Assembly: GCA_963667175.2 (NCBI GenBank)
Contig: CAXXXF010000011.1
Location: forward strand, 56,331 to 120,330
Source of the DNA: Candidatus Latescibacterota bacterium
GTDB lineage: Bacteria > Latescibacterota > UBA2968 > GCA-2709665
Length of the DNA stretch: 64,000 nucleotides
Direction of reading: 5' to 3'
The translations under genes and the position numbers were made by a program. Every line of letters starts with the position of its first letter. Position 1 is the stretch's first letter. Below the pieces are notes generated by a model, which was given only the letters and a program-made list of their open reading frames with translations, was not told where the DNA came from and ran no database searches. Of the stretch, positions 9,762 through 18,589 are shown piece by piece.

Positions 9762-11045
9762 CTATAGAAGCTGTTGGTGCTGAAGCACGACCTTCCTGAA
9801 CGCCGCCGCGAACTGATCAATGAACCCGTCCGCGGCCTGGATATGCCCCGGATAGGACAGCACCCGCCCGCGGATCGCTTCCGAAACAGGAAAATCTCCC
9901 TCGCGATAGCGGGGCAGGGGCACATTTGCCGGCCCATCGTGACCCGCTCCCCAGAGACCGGGCAGGTCCTTCGTGTAGATGGACCTGAGATGTTCCATGT
10001 GCCCCACGCCAGGGCCATTCAGCGGCGCGCCCTCGGCCCGCATGGCTGCCACGAAGCGGGACGCGGGCAACCCGCCCAGCGCTTCCGGTTCGTAGATGAA
10101 CTTGATTCCGCCGTAGAGCTCCACGCCCCGGGCTTTCCTGTAGTTGCAGACCGGCCGGATGCCCGGGAGCCCCTCGATTCTTCGGAACAGGGCTTCCCGG
10201 TTGGCTTCAAACCGGTCCAGGCGGTCGGGAAGATGCTCGAGGGAGACCAGGCCGATCGCCATAGCCAGCGGATGCGGCCGCCATTTCCAGCCGAGGAGCT
10301 GCGGATCCAATTCGCGGTAGACCGGGTTCGTGAGTTCCTGCAACGCGCCCGGCCGGTGGAGGTGGCAGTAGATCAACGCGCGCTCGTACAACTCGCGGTC
10401 GTTCGTCGCCACGATGCCGGCCTCGCCGCCCGCGACCGGCTTGCCCCCGGGCGTCGAGCCCTGCATGCTGAAGCACGCGATATGCCCCAGATTGCCGATT
10501 TTCACGCCATCCCACTCACTGCCGTGCGCGTGAGCCGCATCTTCCACGACCACCAGGTTGTGGGCGTCCGCCAGGTCCAGCAGCCGGTCCATATCGCACA
10601 CCCGACCGCAGGAATGGATCGGCGAAATCACGCGGGTCCTCTCCGTGATGCGCCCCGCCACGTCGGCCGGATCCATCAGCAGCGTTTCCGGATCGATCTC
10701 GCAGAACACGGGCGTGGCGCCCATATGCAGCGCGCCCGCGTAGCTGCCGATGTAACCGACTGACGGTGTGATGAATTCATCGCCCGCGCCCAACCCCGCG
10801 GCGAAGAATCCGCTGGCCAGCGCGGTATGTCCGTGGCTGGTCGACAGCACGTACCTGCAGCCGACGTACTCCGCGAATCGTTCTTCGAATTCCTTCGGAA
10901 CCCCCGATCCCGACCCGGAGAGAACTCCTTCGTCGATCAGGGCGCAAACTGCCGCTTTCTCCGATTCCACGGGGCGCCGCCACTGCTCCCCGCCGTCGAC
11001 CGTAACTGCCTTCTCTCCTCCAAGAATCGCGAGGTCCCGCGCCAT
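9762..11045 (-). CDS. DegT/DnrJ/EryC1/StrS PLP-dependent aminotransferase
   Basis: VEDAAHAHG, FSMQGSTPGGKPVAGGEAG (Lys retained). Confidence 0.9.
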   Translation of the reverse strand: MARDLAILGGEKAVTVDGGEQWRRPVESEKAAVCALIDEGVLSGSGSGVPKEFEERFAEYVGCRYVLSTSHGHTALASGFFAAGLGAGDEFITPSVGYIGSYAGALHMGATPVFCEIDPETLLMDPADVAGRITERTRVISPIHSCGRVCDMDRLLDLADAHNLVVVEDAAHAHGSEWDGVKIGNLGHIACFSMQGSTPGGKPVAGGEAGIVATNDRELYERALIYCHLHRPGALQELTNPVYRELDPQLLGWKWRPHPLAMAIGLVSLEHLPDRLDRFEANREALFRRIEGLPGIRPVCNYRKARGVELYGGIKFIYEPEALGGLPASRFVAAMRAEGAPLNGPGVGHMEHLRSIYTKDLPGLWGAGHDGPANVPLPRYREGDFPVSEAIRGRVLSYPGHIQAADGFIDQFAAAFRKVVLQHQQLL

Positions 11046-11157
11046 TTCCGGTCTCCTATTCCCTGGATTACGAACCCCGCGCCGAAGCTTGCTTCGGGCG
11101 GGGCCCGGTGTCCTGTCTCAACGGTCGCGCTTGACGCCAATCCTGCACCGCGACACC

Positions 11158-12006
11158 TCACGGCACGACGGCCGCCTCACCAATGTTTTCCCGGATCCAG
11201 TGCTTGAGGGGTACATCCGCGTCGTTTGGCGACGTATATCCCATTCCTCCTGTTGCCGCGCCCAGCAACTGGCGCCGGACGGGGTCGCACCGGTCCATGT
11301 AATGGTCGACCGTCATATTGTCCCTCGGCCGCAACCAGCGGTAACTATAGCCGTAGAACAGCACTTTCCGCGTCACGTTCGAATGATTCCTCCCTGCCGC
11401 GTGCCATAGGCGGCGATCGAAAAATACCGCCGTGCCCGCCGGCACCCGTACCGGCGTGGCGTCCGGCGGATCCGACGCACCGTCTTCCGGAAAGCTCAAT
11501 CGATTTTTCAAATGACTTCCCGGCACAATGTGGAAATTGCCCCGATCCGGTTCCGTCGTGTCGGTCAGGAAATAGCCGACCTTGAGCGAAACACGCGGCC
11601 TGGGCGTGGCATCCAGTTCGATGTTCAGACGCCCGCTGTCCTGGTGCCAGCCCAGGCGCCATTCTCGTGTCCGTTCCTCTGCCGGCTCGGGCGGGGTGAC
11701 GATCAGATGGGAGTGGTAGAGCTGGATATTCCATCCGAGGATACCCCATACCTTGGGGAACGTGACCGGCCAGTCCAGCAATGCCAGAAACTCATCGTCG
11801 CGTCCCACGAAGTCCGTCAGGTTCATGCGGTCCCCAGGACCCAGACCGTTCTCGGCAAGATAGGTCTCGTACAACCGGTCGACCACAACGGTCAACGCGG
11901 AGACCCGCTCGGGAGGAATTGCATCTTCAATGATCAGGAAGCCGTCGCGTTCGAACTTCGACTTCTCCTCGCGGGTCAATCCATTTTCAAGACATGCGGC
12001 ATCCAT
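11158..12006 (-). CDS. PhyH family dioxygenase
   Basis: FERDGFL, WHQD, VPGSH, LWHA...RKVLFYGY. Confidence 0.9.
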   Translation of the reverse strand: MDAACLENGLTREEKSKFERDGFLIIEDAIPPERVSALTVVVDRLYETYLAENGLGPGDRMNLTDFVGRDDEFLALLDWPVTFPKVWGILGWNIQLYHSHLIVTPPEPAEERTREWRLGWHQDSGRLNIELDATPRPRVSLKVGYFLTDTTEPDRGNFHIVPGSHLKNRLSFPEDGASDPPDATPVRVPAGTAVFFDRRLWHAAGRNHSNVTRKVLFYGYSYRWLRPRDNMTVDHYMDRCDPVRRQLLGAATGGMGYTSPNDADVPLKHWIRENIGEAAVVP

Positions 12007-12077
12007 CGGTTTCCCTCCTGGACGATTCGGATCGCTTCATTGCCGGCTGATCACGTCAATCCTGGGTCCCGCAACCG

Positions 12078-13373
12078 TCAGAGCGTGGAACCCAACCCCA
12101 CGGTTTTAGGGTTGTCTATTCGATGCAGCCCGTTCACGGGCTCGAAAATCCCCCCCATGCGCGGCAGCCATTCGACGTTGGCGTCCGGCGTGTATTGAGG
12201 GGAGTTGATTTCGACGCCGTTGTCCGTCGGCACGTGCGACGCGAACAGCGCCCCGTGAATGGCCGACAGCCCGGGGTTCGTCAGGTCCTGCAGCGCAAGC
12301 CGCATGCCGTTCTCGCGCGCCCACGCGGCAGCCAACAGCGCGAAACTGTGGCCCTTGCAGGTCTTCAGGGCCAGCCCGCTCCACCCCTGACGCTTCGCCT
12401 CCTCGAGCAGACTCAAGCTCGTGAGACCCTCATCCAGAAACACCGGCTTCAGTCGTGTCACCTTCCGCCAGTCCTGGGGATGCCGCAGGATATCCCGCCC
12501 GGTGGGCTGTTCCAGGTACTTCAACGCGCGGAAGGCCCCGGTATCCGCGGCCCCGAGGCGTTCCAGATAATCCAGCACGCTCTGCGCGTCCGGATTGGCT
12601 TCGTTGCTGTCGACGGTGAGCGCCGGTTCGGCAACGCCGTGCGCGCGGACGGCCCGGTACACGGCGACGGTCCTGGCCGCGTCCGCGGCATTGTCCCTCC
12701 CCAGTATTTTCAGCTTGAAACAGCGGTAGCCGCGCTTGCTGATAACCCGCTTCAGATCCGACTCGATATCGTCGGAACTCCCCACGACCCACCACGCGGG
12801 AAGCCGGGACCGGGGCGTTTGAAACAAACGCTGAATCGCCGCGCACGCGCCGACCAAGGAAAAGTAACCGTCGACGTCCGGAAACGGCGTGGCGCAGGCG
12901 TAGAAACCGAACGAGGACACGCCGGCCGCAATGCCGACCGCATCGTGGATGGCGGCGTCGAAGGGACTAGCGCACATCGCGCGCGCGAGAATCGGAGGCG
13001 ATGGTTCGCTCGCAACGGCACCGTGGAGCCGCATCCCGAGAACCAGCGGATGCGCGGGCTCGCCGCCGCAGCGCGCGTACAGTCCCTCGGCGAGACGCCT
13101 GCAGAATCCGCGCAGCGCTTCGTCCCGAAATTCGTGCGTCAACTCTGGGTCCGGCCAGGCCCAGACGTCGCTGAGATAGATGGCTCCCCTGCCCCGGGCT
13201 TCGCGCCCGCCCACGCGAACGGTGACGGCGGCACGGGCTTCCGTGAGTTCCGCAATTGTACCGGAACTCAGATGGAGCGGGGTCTTCAGCTTCCGGGGAA
13301 TGAACGCGATCTCGGCGTCCAAAACCTCAGTGTTATAGTCCATACCGGACGGGGCGGCGACGACGTTTTTCAT
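12078..13373 (-). CDS. Mandelate racemase/muconate lactonizing (enolase superfamily) enzyme
   Basis: FKLK (KxK), VDSNE, YLEQP, LDEG, ALKTCKG. Confidence 0.85.
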   Translation of the reverse strand: MKNVVAAPSGMDYNTEVLDAEIAFIPRKLKTPLHLSSGTIAELTEARAAVTVRVGGREARGRGAIYLSDVWAWPDPELTHEFRDEALRGFCRRLAEGLYARCGGEPAHPLVLGMRLHGAVASEPSPPILARAMCASPFDAAIHDAVGIAAGVSSFGFYACATPFPDVDGYFSLVGACAAIQRLFQTPRSRLPAWWVVGSSDDIESDLKRVISKRGYRCFKLKILGRDNAADAARTVAVYRAVRAHGVAEPALTVDSNEANPDAQSVLDYLERLGAADTGAFRALKYLEQPTGRDILRHPQDWRKVTRLKPVFLDEGLTSLSLLEEAKRQGWSGLALKTCKGHSFALLAAAWARENGMRLALQDLTNPGLSAIHGALFASHVPTDNGVEINSPQYTPDANVEWLPRMGGIFEPVNGLHRIDNPKTVGLGSTL

Positions 13374-14362
13374 TCAAATTCCGACACAAGCACCGCCTCA
13401 TCCCGCTCCGCGCTCTGTTTGGCCGCTTCGATGACGGCCATCGTATGCCGAACCGACCGGCCGCTGGCATCGGGAGTACCCCCCTTCAGACAGCAGTCGG
13501 CGAACTCGCGTATCTGATTCCCCATCCCGTTGCCAGCGCTCCCGATCTCCACTTCCTCGCCATTGAGCAACAGGCGCCCGTGGGTGAACGTCATCGATCC
13601 CAGGCTGCCCATGATGAACTGGTCATGCTGCCCGGAGTGGCAGACGACCGACTGCGACAGCACGCTTACCGCGCCATTGGCGTGGTTCATCACCGCCGTA
13701 TAGGAGTCCTTCTGTCCACGGTAGCGGTCCGTACTCTCGGATCCCTGAGCGAAGACCCTGACAACCGGCGAATCCATGTACCAGTGCAGGATATCGTATT
13801 CATGCGGCCCGAAACAATACAGCACGCAGATGCCTCCGGCCTCCAGATCCAGGTACCAATGGGTATCCTGTCCCGGAGCGGGCGCGGGATTGAAGTTCCC
13901 CAGCCGGCGTCTGAGCAGATGCCCCACCCGGCCGATGACGCCGTCGGCGATGAGTTGCTTGACCTTGCGGCTGACGGGATAGTAACGCATCACCTGGCCG
14001 ACCATCAGTACGCGGTTCGCTTTTTCGCACGCCGCGATCATCCGGTCGCACTCGTCGAGCGTCAGCGCCATGGGCTTTTCGACCAGGACGTGTTTGCCGG
14101 CCTGTGCGGCGGCCACCACCTGCGCGCCGTGCTGGTTGTGCGGCGTGCACACGTGGACGGCCTCGACTTCCGGATTGTCCAGCATGGCCTCCAGGTTGGT
14201 ATACGCCTTCGCGCCGAATTCGGCCGCGGCCGCCTCCGCCGGCTCCGCGTAAATGTCCATCACGGCCGCAGCTCTGATGTTTTCTGTTTCCGCGATGGCC
14301 CGCATATGCGATCTCGCGATACCGCCCGCGCCGATCATGCCTACGGATAGCACGTCGCCCAT
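13370..14362 (-). CDS. Gfo/Idh/MocA oxidoreductase
   Basis: IGAGGIA, CTPHNQH, GKHVLVEKPMA. Confidence 0.92.
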   Translation of the reverse strand: MGDVLSVGMIGAGGIARSHMRAIAETENIRAAAVMDIYAEPAEAAAAEFGAKAYTNLEAMLDNPEVEAVHVCTPHNQHGAQVVAAAQAGKHVLVEKPMALTLDECDRMIAACEKANRVLMVGQVMRYYPVSRKVKQLIADGVIGRVGHLLRRRLGNFNPAPAPGQDTHWYLDLEAGGICVLYCFGPHEYDILHWYMDSPVVRVFAQGSESTDRYRGQKDSYTAVMNHANGAVSVLSQSVVCHSGQHDQFIMGSLGSMTFTHGRLLLNGEEVEIGSAGNGMGNQIREFADCCLKGGTPDASGRSVRHTMAVIEAAKQSAERDEAVLVSEFE

Positions 14363-14423
14363 ACTCTTCCTCCCGAATCGCCGGTACAGGATTCTGCAGT
14401 CTTCGATTCAGACGCAAAACCGG

Positions 14424-15281
14424 CTACAGTACCATCTTCTTCTCGGCCGGCTCCAGGTTGTCGTAATTCCAGAGTTGCCTGCCCGCAACGACCTTTTTCA
14501 GGTTGCCGGCGCCGCCGGGCGCTTCGAGGCCGTACAACCCCAGTTTGCGGTCGAGCCAGGCGACCTCGATGTCCGTCAGCTCCGCGCGCACGGCGTCCAC
14601 GCCCAGCGAGGCGATCCGCCCGCCCACGTAGATCGTCCCGTCGTACATGGAATCTCCGAGATTCTCATCGGCGTCCCCCAGCACGATCATCCGACCGCGC
14701 TGCATCATGAATCCGGAGAGCATGCCGGTTCGGCCGGCCACCAGGATCGTCCCGCCCTTCATATTTATGCCCGTCCGCCCGCCGACGTCCCCCCTGCACA
14801 CCAGGTCGCCGCCCCGCAACGCGGCGCCGAAGGACGATCCGGCGTTCTTCTCCACAACCACGGCGCCCGCCATCATATTCTCAGCGCAAGACCAGCCCAC
14901 GCGGCCCCGGATTCTCACGTTCGGCCCGTCGATGAGGCCCACGGCAAAATAACCCAGAGACCCTTCGAAATCCAGCTTCAGCCGATTCAGAATCCCCGAA
15001 CCGAGCGAGTGCTTGGCGTTGGGGTTCCGCACCACGACGTGGCCGTAACCCGCTTCCATCAGCTGCCGGATCTTCCGGTTCACCTCGCGGATCGACATCG
15101 GCGCCGCATCGAACGCCGCGCGCTTTTCAAAGTCCACCCGCAGCGACCGAGGGTAGACGAAATCGTCTCCGGCCTCGGCGCGGAAGAACACCCGGTTCGT
15201 CCGGTCCGCCAGCGGCTCGTCGTGCAGCCCCATCGCGTAGGACCGGTGCGTCTTATCACCGCCCGCTTCTAATTTCGCCAT
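14424..15281 (-). CDS. GXGXG (glutamate synthase C-terminal-like) protein, second MgsB-like copy
   Basis: Start MAKLEAGG; GSLGYFAVG, GWSCAENMMAG, GGRTGINMKGG, LGDSMYDG, RQLWNYD. Confidence 0.85.
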   Translation of the reverse strand: MAKLEAGGDKTHRSYAMGLHDEPLADRTNRVFFRAEAGDDFVYPRSLRVDFEKRAAFDAAPMSIREVNRKIRQLMEAGYGHVVVRNPNAKHSLGSGILNRLKLDFEGSLGYFAVGLIDGPNVRIRGRVGWSCAENMMAGAVVVEKNAGSSFGAALRGGDLVCRGDVGGRTGINMKGGTILVAGRTGMLSGFMMQRGRMIVLGDADENLGDSMYDGTIYVGGRIASLGVDAVRAELTDIEVAWLDRKLGLYGLEAPGGAGNLKKVVAGRQLWNYDNLEPAEKKMVL

Positions 15282-16204
15282 ACCCGAACTTCTCCCGCGT
15301 AGGGGTCCACGGTATCGATTTCCTGGGGCAGGACCGTCCGGATCGCGACTTCCTCGGAGGCGAGCAGGGTTTCCCCTTCGCCTTCGTAGAGCACCATCGG
15401 CTTGGCCGCCATGGTGTCTTTGGCCATGCCCAGGCTGTCCGTTGTCGCGACCAGATAGGTAAACACGCCATCCAGTTCCTGTACGGACCGCACCATCGCA
15501 TCCTCCAGCGAAACCGAGCGATCCAGGCTGTCCGCGATATACACCGCGATCAGTTCCGAATCGCAATCCGACACGAAGCGGTGTCCGCGACGCTCGAGGT
15601 CGCGGCGCATGGACCAGTAATTGGTCAACTGTCCGTTATGTACGACCGAGATATCGCCGAACGGATACGCCCAGTAGGGATGCGCGGAACGAATGTCCAC
15701 GTCGGACTCTGTGGCCATGCGAACGTGCCCGATGGCGTGGGTGCCCACGAACGAACCCATCCCGTACTGCCCGCACACCTCGTTGGCGTCGCCCAGGTCC
15801 TTCACGAGTTCCAGCGCACTGCCGATGGACAGGACCTCCACGCCGTCCACGTCTTCGATGAAATCCGCGAAACGGCGCAGGTCCCCATCGAATCTGACGC
15901 GGTACAGGAACGCGTACTCCGTGGGCTGCTCGGCCTTGAGGATCTCGCCACCGAGCGACCCGATTCGCTCATCCACCTCCGCCCGGCGCCGCGCGATCTG
16001 ATCCTGGATTTCAAACCCGGACCCGAGGTCTTCTTTCTCTGCCGCCTTGAAACGCATCGCCAGCACCCCGGCGGCCGGCGGTCCGTATACCGCGAAACCC
16101 GTGGAGTCCGGACCGCGGTGCTTCATCGCCTGAAGCATCATGGTCATCTCGCTCCCGATGCGACCCGCCTTGTTCCGGTGGATAATCCCCGCGATCCCGC
16201 ACAT
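15269..16204 (-). CDS. Class II glutamine amidotransferase, second MgsA-like copy
   Basis: N-terminal MCGIAG, HRGPDS, GHVRMATES, VVHNGQLTN, DSE. Confidence 0.88.
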   Translation of the reverse strand: MCGIAGIIHRNKAGRIGSEMTMMLQAMKHRGPDSTGFAVYGPPAAGVLAMRFKAAEKEDLGSGFEIQDQIARRRAEVDERIGSLGGEILKAEQPTEYAFLYRVRFDGDLRRFADFIEDVDGVEVLSIGSALELVKDLGDANEVCGQYGMGSFVGTHAIGHVRMATESDVDIRSAHPYWAYPFGDISVVHNGQLTNYWSMRRDLERRGHRFVSDCDSELIAVYIADSLDRSVSLEDAMVRSVQELDGVFTYLVATTDSLGMAKDTMAAKPMVLYEGEGETLLASEEVAIRTVLPQEIDTVDPYAGEVRVWRN

Positions 16205-16217
16205 ACGCGCCTCTTGG

Positions 16218-17699
16218 TTATGGCAGGCAATCCCAGTAGGTCTCCATGTCCCAGTCGGTCACCGTTGCCAGAAACCGCTCCCACTCGTCGCGCTTGTAAT
16301 GCATGTACACGTCGTACATCTCGCCAGGGAGCGAAGACCGGATCACCTCGTCCCGCGCCAGTTCGTCCAGCGCATCGCCGAGCGTGGTGGGCAGCTTTGC
16401 GACCTCCTTGCCCTCTTCAATCGCCTCGTAGATATTGCGGTGCTCCGGTTCGCCGGGATCGATGTCCCGCCGGATTCCGTCGTCGAACGCCTTCAGCAGC
16501 GCGCCCGCCATCAGGTAGGGGTTCACCATCGCGTCGACGGCACGGTACTCGAACCGCCCCGGGCCGGACACCCGTAGCCCGCAGGTGCGGTTCTGATACC
16601 CCCAGTCGGAATAGACCGGCGCCCAGAAACCCGTCTCCCACAGTCGCCGGTAGGAATTCACCGTTGAGCAACCGATGGCGGTCAGCGCGGGCAGATGTTC
16701 AATCACCCCGCCGATGCACTGCAGGCCCGTCGGAGCCGGCTCCCGCCTGCCCGGAAGGGGCATGAACAGATTCTCCCCGCCCTCCCTGTGCATGAAGACG
16801 TCCGCCATTCCGGGCAGCGTGGCATTCCCGAGCGGATTCAGCACGTCGTCGCCACCGCGCCAAAGCGATAGATTGTGGTGGCAGCCCGATGCCGAGACGC
16901 CCATGAAGGGCTTGCACATGAAACATGCGATCAGATCGTGCTCCCGGGCGACCTGCGCGCAGATCTGACGGTAGGTCGTGAGCCGGTCGCAGGTGGCCAG
17001 CGCATCGTCGAAGGTAAAGTTCAACTCCAGCTGTCCCGGCGCGTCTTCGTGGTCTCCCTGAATCATGTCCAGCCCCATCGCCCGGCCGTATTCGATCACT
17101 TTCATGACCACCGGCCGGAGGGACTCGAACTGATCGATGTGGTAGCAGTAGGGTTTGCTGAAACCGCCCGCGGGTTTGCCGTCGGGACCCTTCTGCAGCC
17201 ACATCATCTCCGGTTCGGCGCCGTGGCGCATCTGCATTCCGTCGTGGTCCTGCGCGAACTGCGCGTGGATGCGCCGGAGGTTGCCCCTGCAGTCCGCGCT
17301 GAGATTGCCGCCGGGATTTTCCAGCTCGTCCCGGTTGCGGAAGAGCGTGCAGAAGACCCGCGCCAGCCGCTTGTCCCACGGCAACTGCACGAAGGTCTCC
17401 GGATCGGGAATCCCCACGAGTTCCGACGCCTCGGGACCGTACCCGATATAGTTGTCGAACCGGTCCATGAACAGGTTGGCCGTTGCGCCGTAGACAAGCT
17501 GGAATCCGCGGTCCGCGGTCCGCTCCCAGTGGTCCGCCGGAATGCCTTTGCCCACCACGCGGCCCGTCACCGAGATAAACTGGTAGTAGATATAGGTGAT
17601 GCCAAGCGCGTCGATCTTTTCGCGTACCTCGCGCACCCGCTCTTCCCGCCCCTCGGCATGGACGTAAGCTTCCAGATCCGTTGTGGCATGATTCGACAT
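16218..17699 (-). CDS. Glutamine synthetase-family gamma-glutamyl-amine ligase (GmaS-like role inferred)
   Basis: GAEPE, DHEDAPGQLELN, FMCKPF, SGCHHNLS, NSYRRL, WGYQNRT, FEYR, NPYL. Confidence 0.88.
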   Translation of the reverse strand: MSNHATTDLEAYVHAEGREERVREVREKIDALGITYIYYQFISVTGRVVGKGIPADHWERTADRGFQLVYGATANLFMDRFDNYIGYGPEASELVGIPDPETFVQLPWDKRLARVFCTLFRNRDELENPGGNLSADCRGNLRRIHAQFAQDHDGMQMRHGAEPEMMWLQKGPDGKPAGGFSKPYCYHIDQFESLRPVVMKVIEYGRAMGLDMIQGDHEDAPGQLELNFTFDDALATCDRLTTYRQICAQVAREHDLIACFMCKPFMGVSASGCHHNLSLWRGGDDVLNPLGNATLPGMADVFMHREGGENLFMPLPGRREPAPTGLQCIGGVIEHLPALTAIGCSTVNSYRRLWETGFWAPVYSDWGYQNRTCGLRVSGPGRFEYRAVDAMVNPYLMAGALLKAFDDGIRRDIDPGEPEHRNIYEAIEEGKEVAKLPTTLGDALDELARDEVIRSSLPGEMYDVYMHYKRDEWERFLATVTDWDMETYWDCLP

Positions 17700-17908
17700 T
17701 GACACCCCTTCCTCTCTGAAAATGGCGTTTCTGTCCGCGGATGCCTATCAGCCCGTTGATAAAGTCCATCCGGTCTGCGTCCGGCCCTTGTCGCCGAAAT
17801 ACGGCGTTGCGCTCCCTCCCCGAATCCAGGGATTCGCGTCGGTCGCGCGCCTTGTCTTCGGCCACAATGACTCGGCCTCGCCTGCAGAGCGACTTTTTCA
17901 ACGGACTG

Positions 17909-18589
17909 CTATTGGGACTCCAGTACCCGGACGGCGCCCTGGCCGACCGGCCCGATCCGGAGATCCGCCCCGGCCGCCATGAGGACATCCCAAAGATACG
18001 CCGCCAGCGATCGGGCCCCGAGGACCGAAAAGGCAGGCAGATCAGCCGCGTCGCGTCGAATGACCAGTTGGGTCGTCCTGGCGACGCTGGTCTGCTTCGC
18101 GGCGCCGTCGGGAAACGCGCCGTCCGAGAAGTCCAGACCGCACACCCGGCTCATCAACGTCGAAGCGGACGTCCCCAGTACCCGGATCTCAGACCAGGCA
18201 TGGGTCAGATTCGTCACCGTAACGAACCTGGCGGACGCCCGCTCCATCAGTCTTCTGCGAACCGCGATGTCCCGACCGGGGGTCGTGCTAACGAAGAAAC
18301 AGTCGTCACGAAGCCGGTAAACGCGTTCAGAGTCAACCGGCGCCCGGCCGCCGACTGCCGCCGGCTGCGATCCCCAGACCTTTTCCGCGTCCTCCCCCTC
18401 GACCCGGAGCTTGCCGTTGGCCGTCTCATCCGCCAGCCCCACGCCCCGTCTCGCGGCGGAAATTTCCGCATCCGGCGTGGAATACGCTTCCGGAATCTGC
18501 CATCCGGAAGATTCCGCGAATTGCGCCCCGAGGTCCCGCGCCGTTTCGTGAAGTGGCGACAATTTCACCGGCGCCGCCCACGTGTTCAC
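17909..18589 (-). CDS. soxG: Sarcosine oxidase gamma-like subunit (MgdD-like)
   Basis: 'RVCGLDFSDGAFPDGAAKQTSVART', 'RSLAAYLWDVL'; overlaps the alpha-subunit stop. Confidence 0.8.
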   Translation of the reverse strand: MNTWAAPVKLSPLHETARDLGAQFAESSGWQIPEAYSTPDAEISAARRGVGLADETANGKLRVEGEDAEKVWGSQPAAVGGRAPVDSERVYRLRDDCFFVSTTPGRDIAVRRRLMERASARFVTVTNLTHAWSEIRVLGTSASTLMSRVCGLDFSDGAFPDGAAKQTSVARTTQLVIRRDAADLPAFSVLGARSLAAYLWDVLMAAGADLRIGPVGQGAVRVLESQ

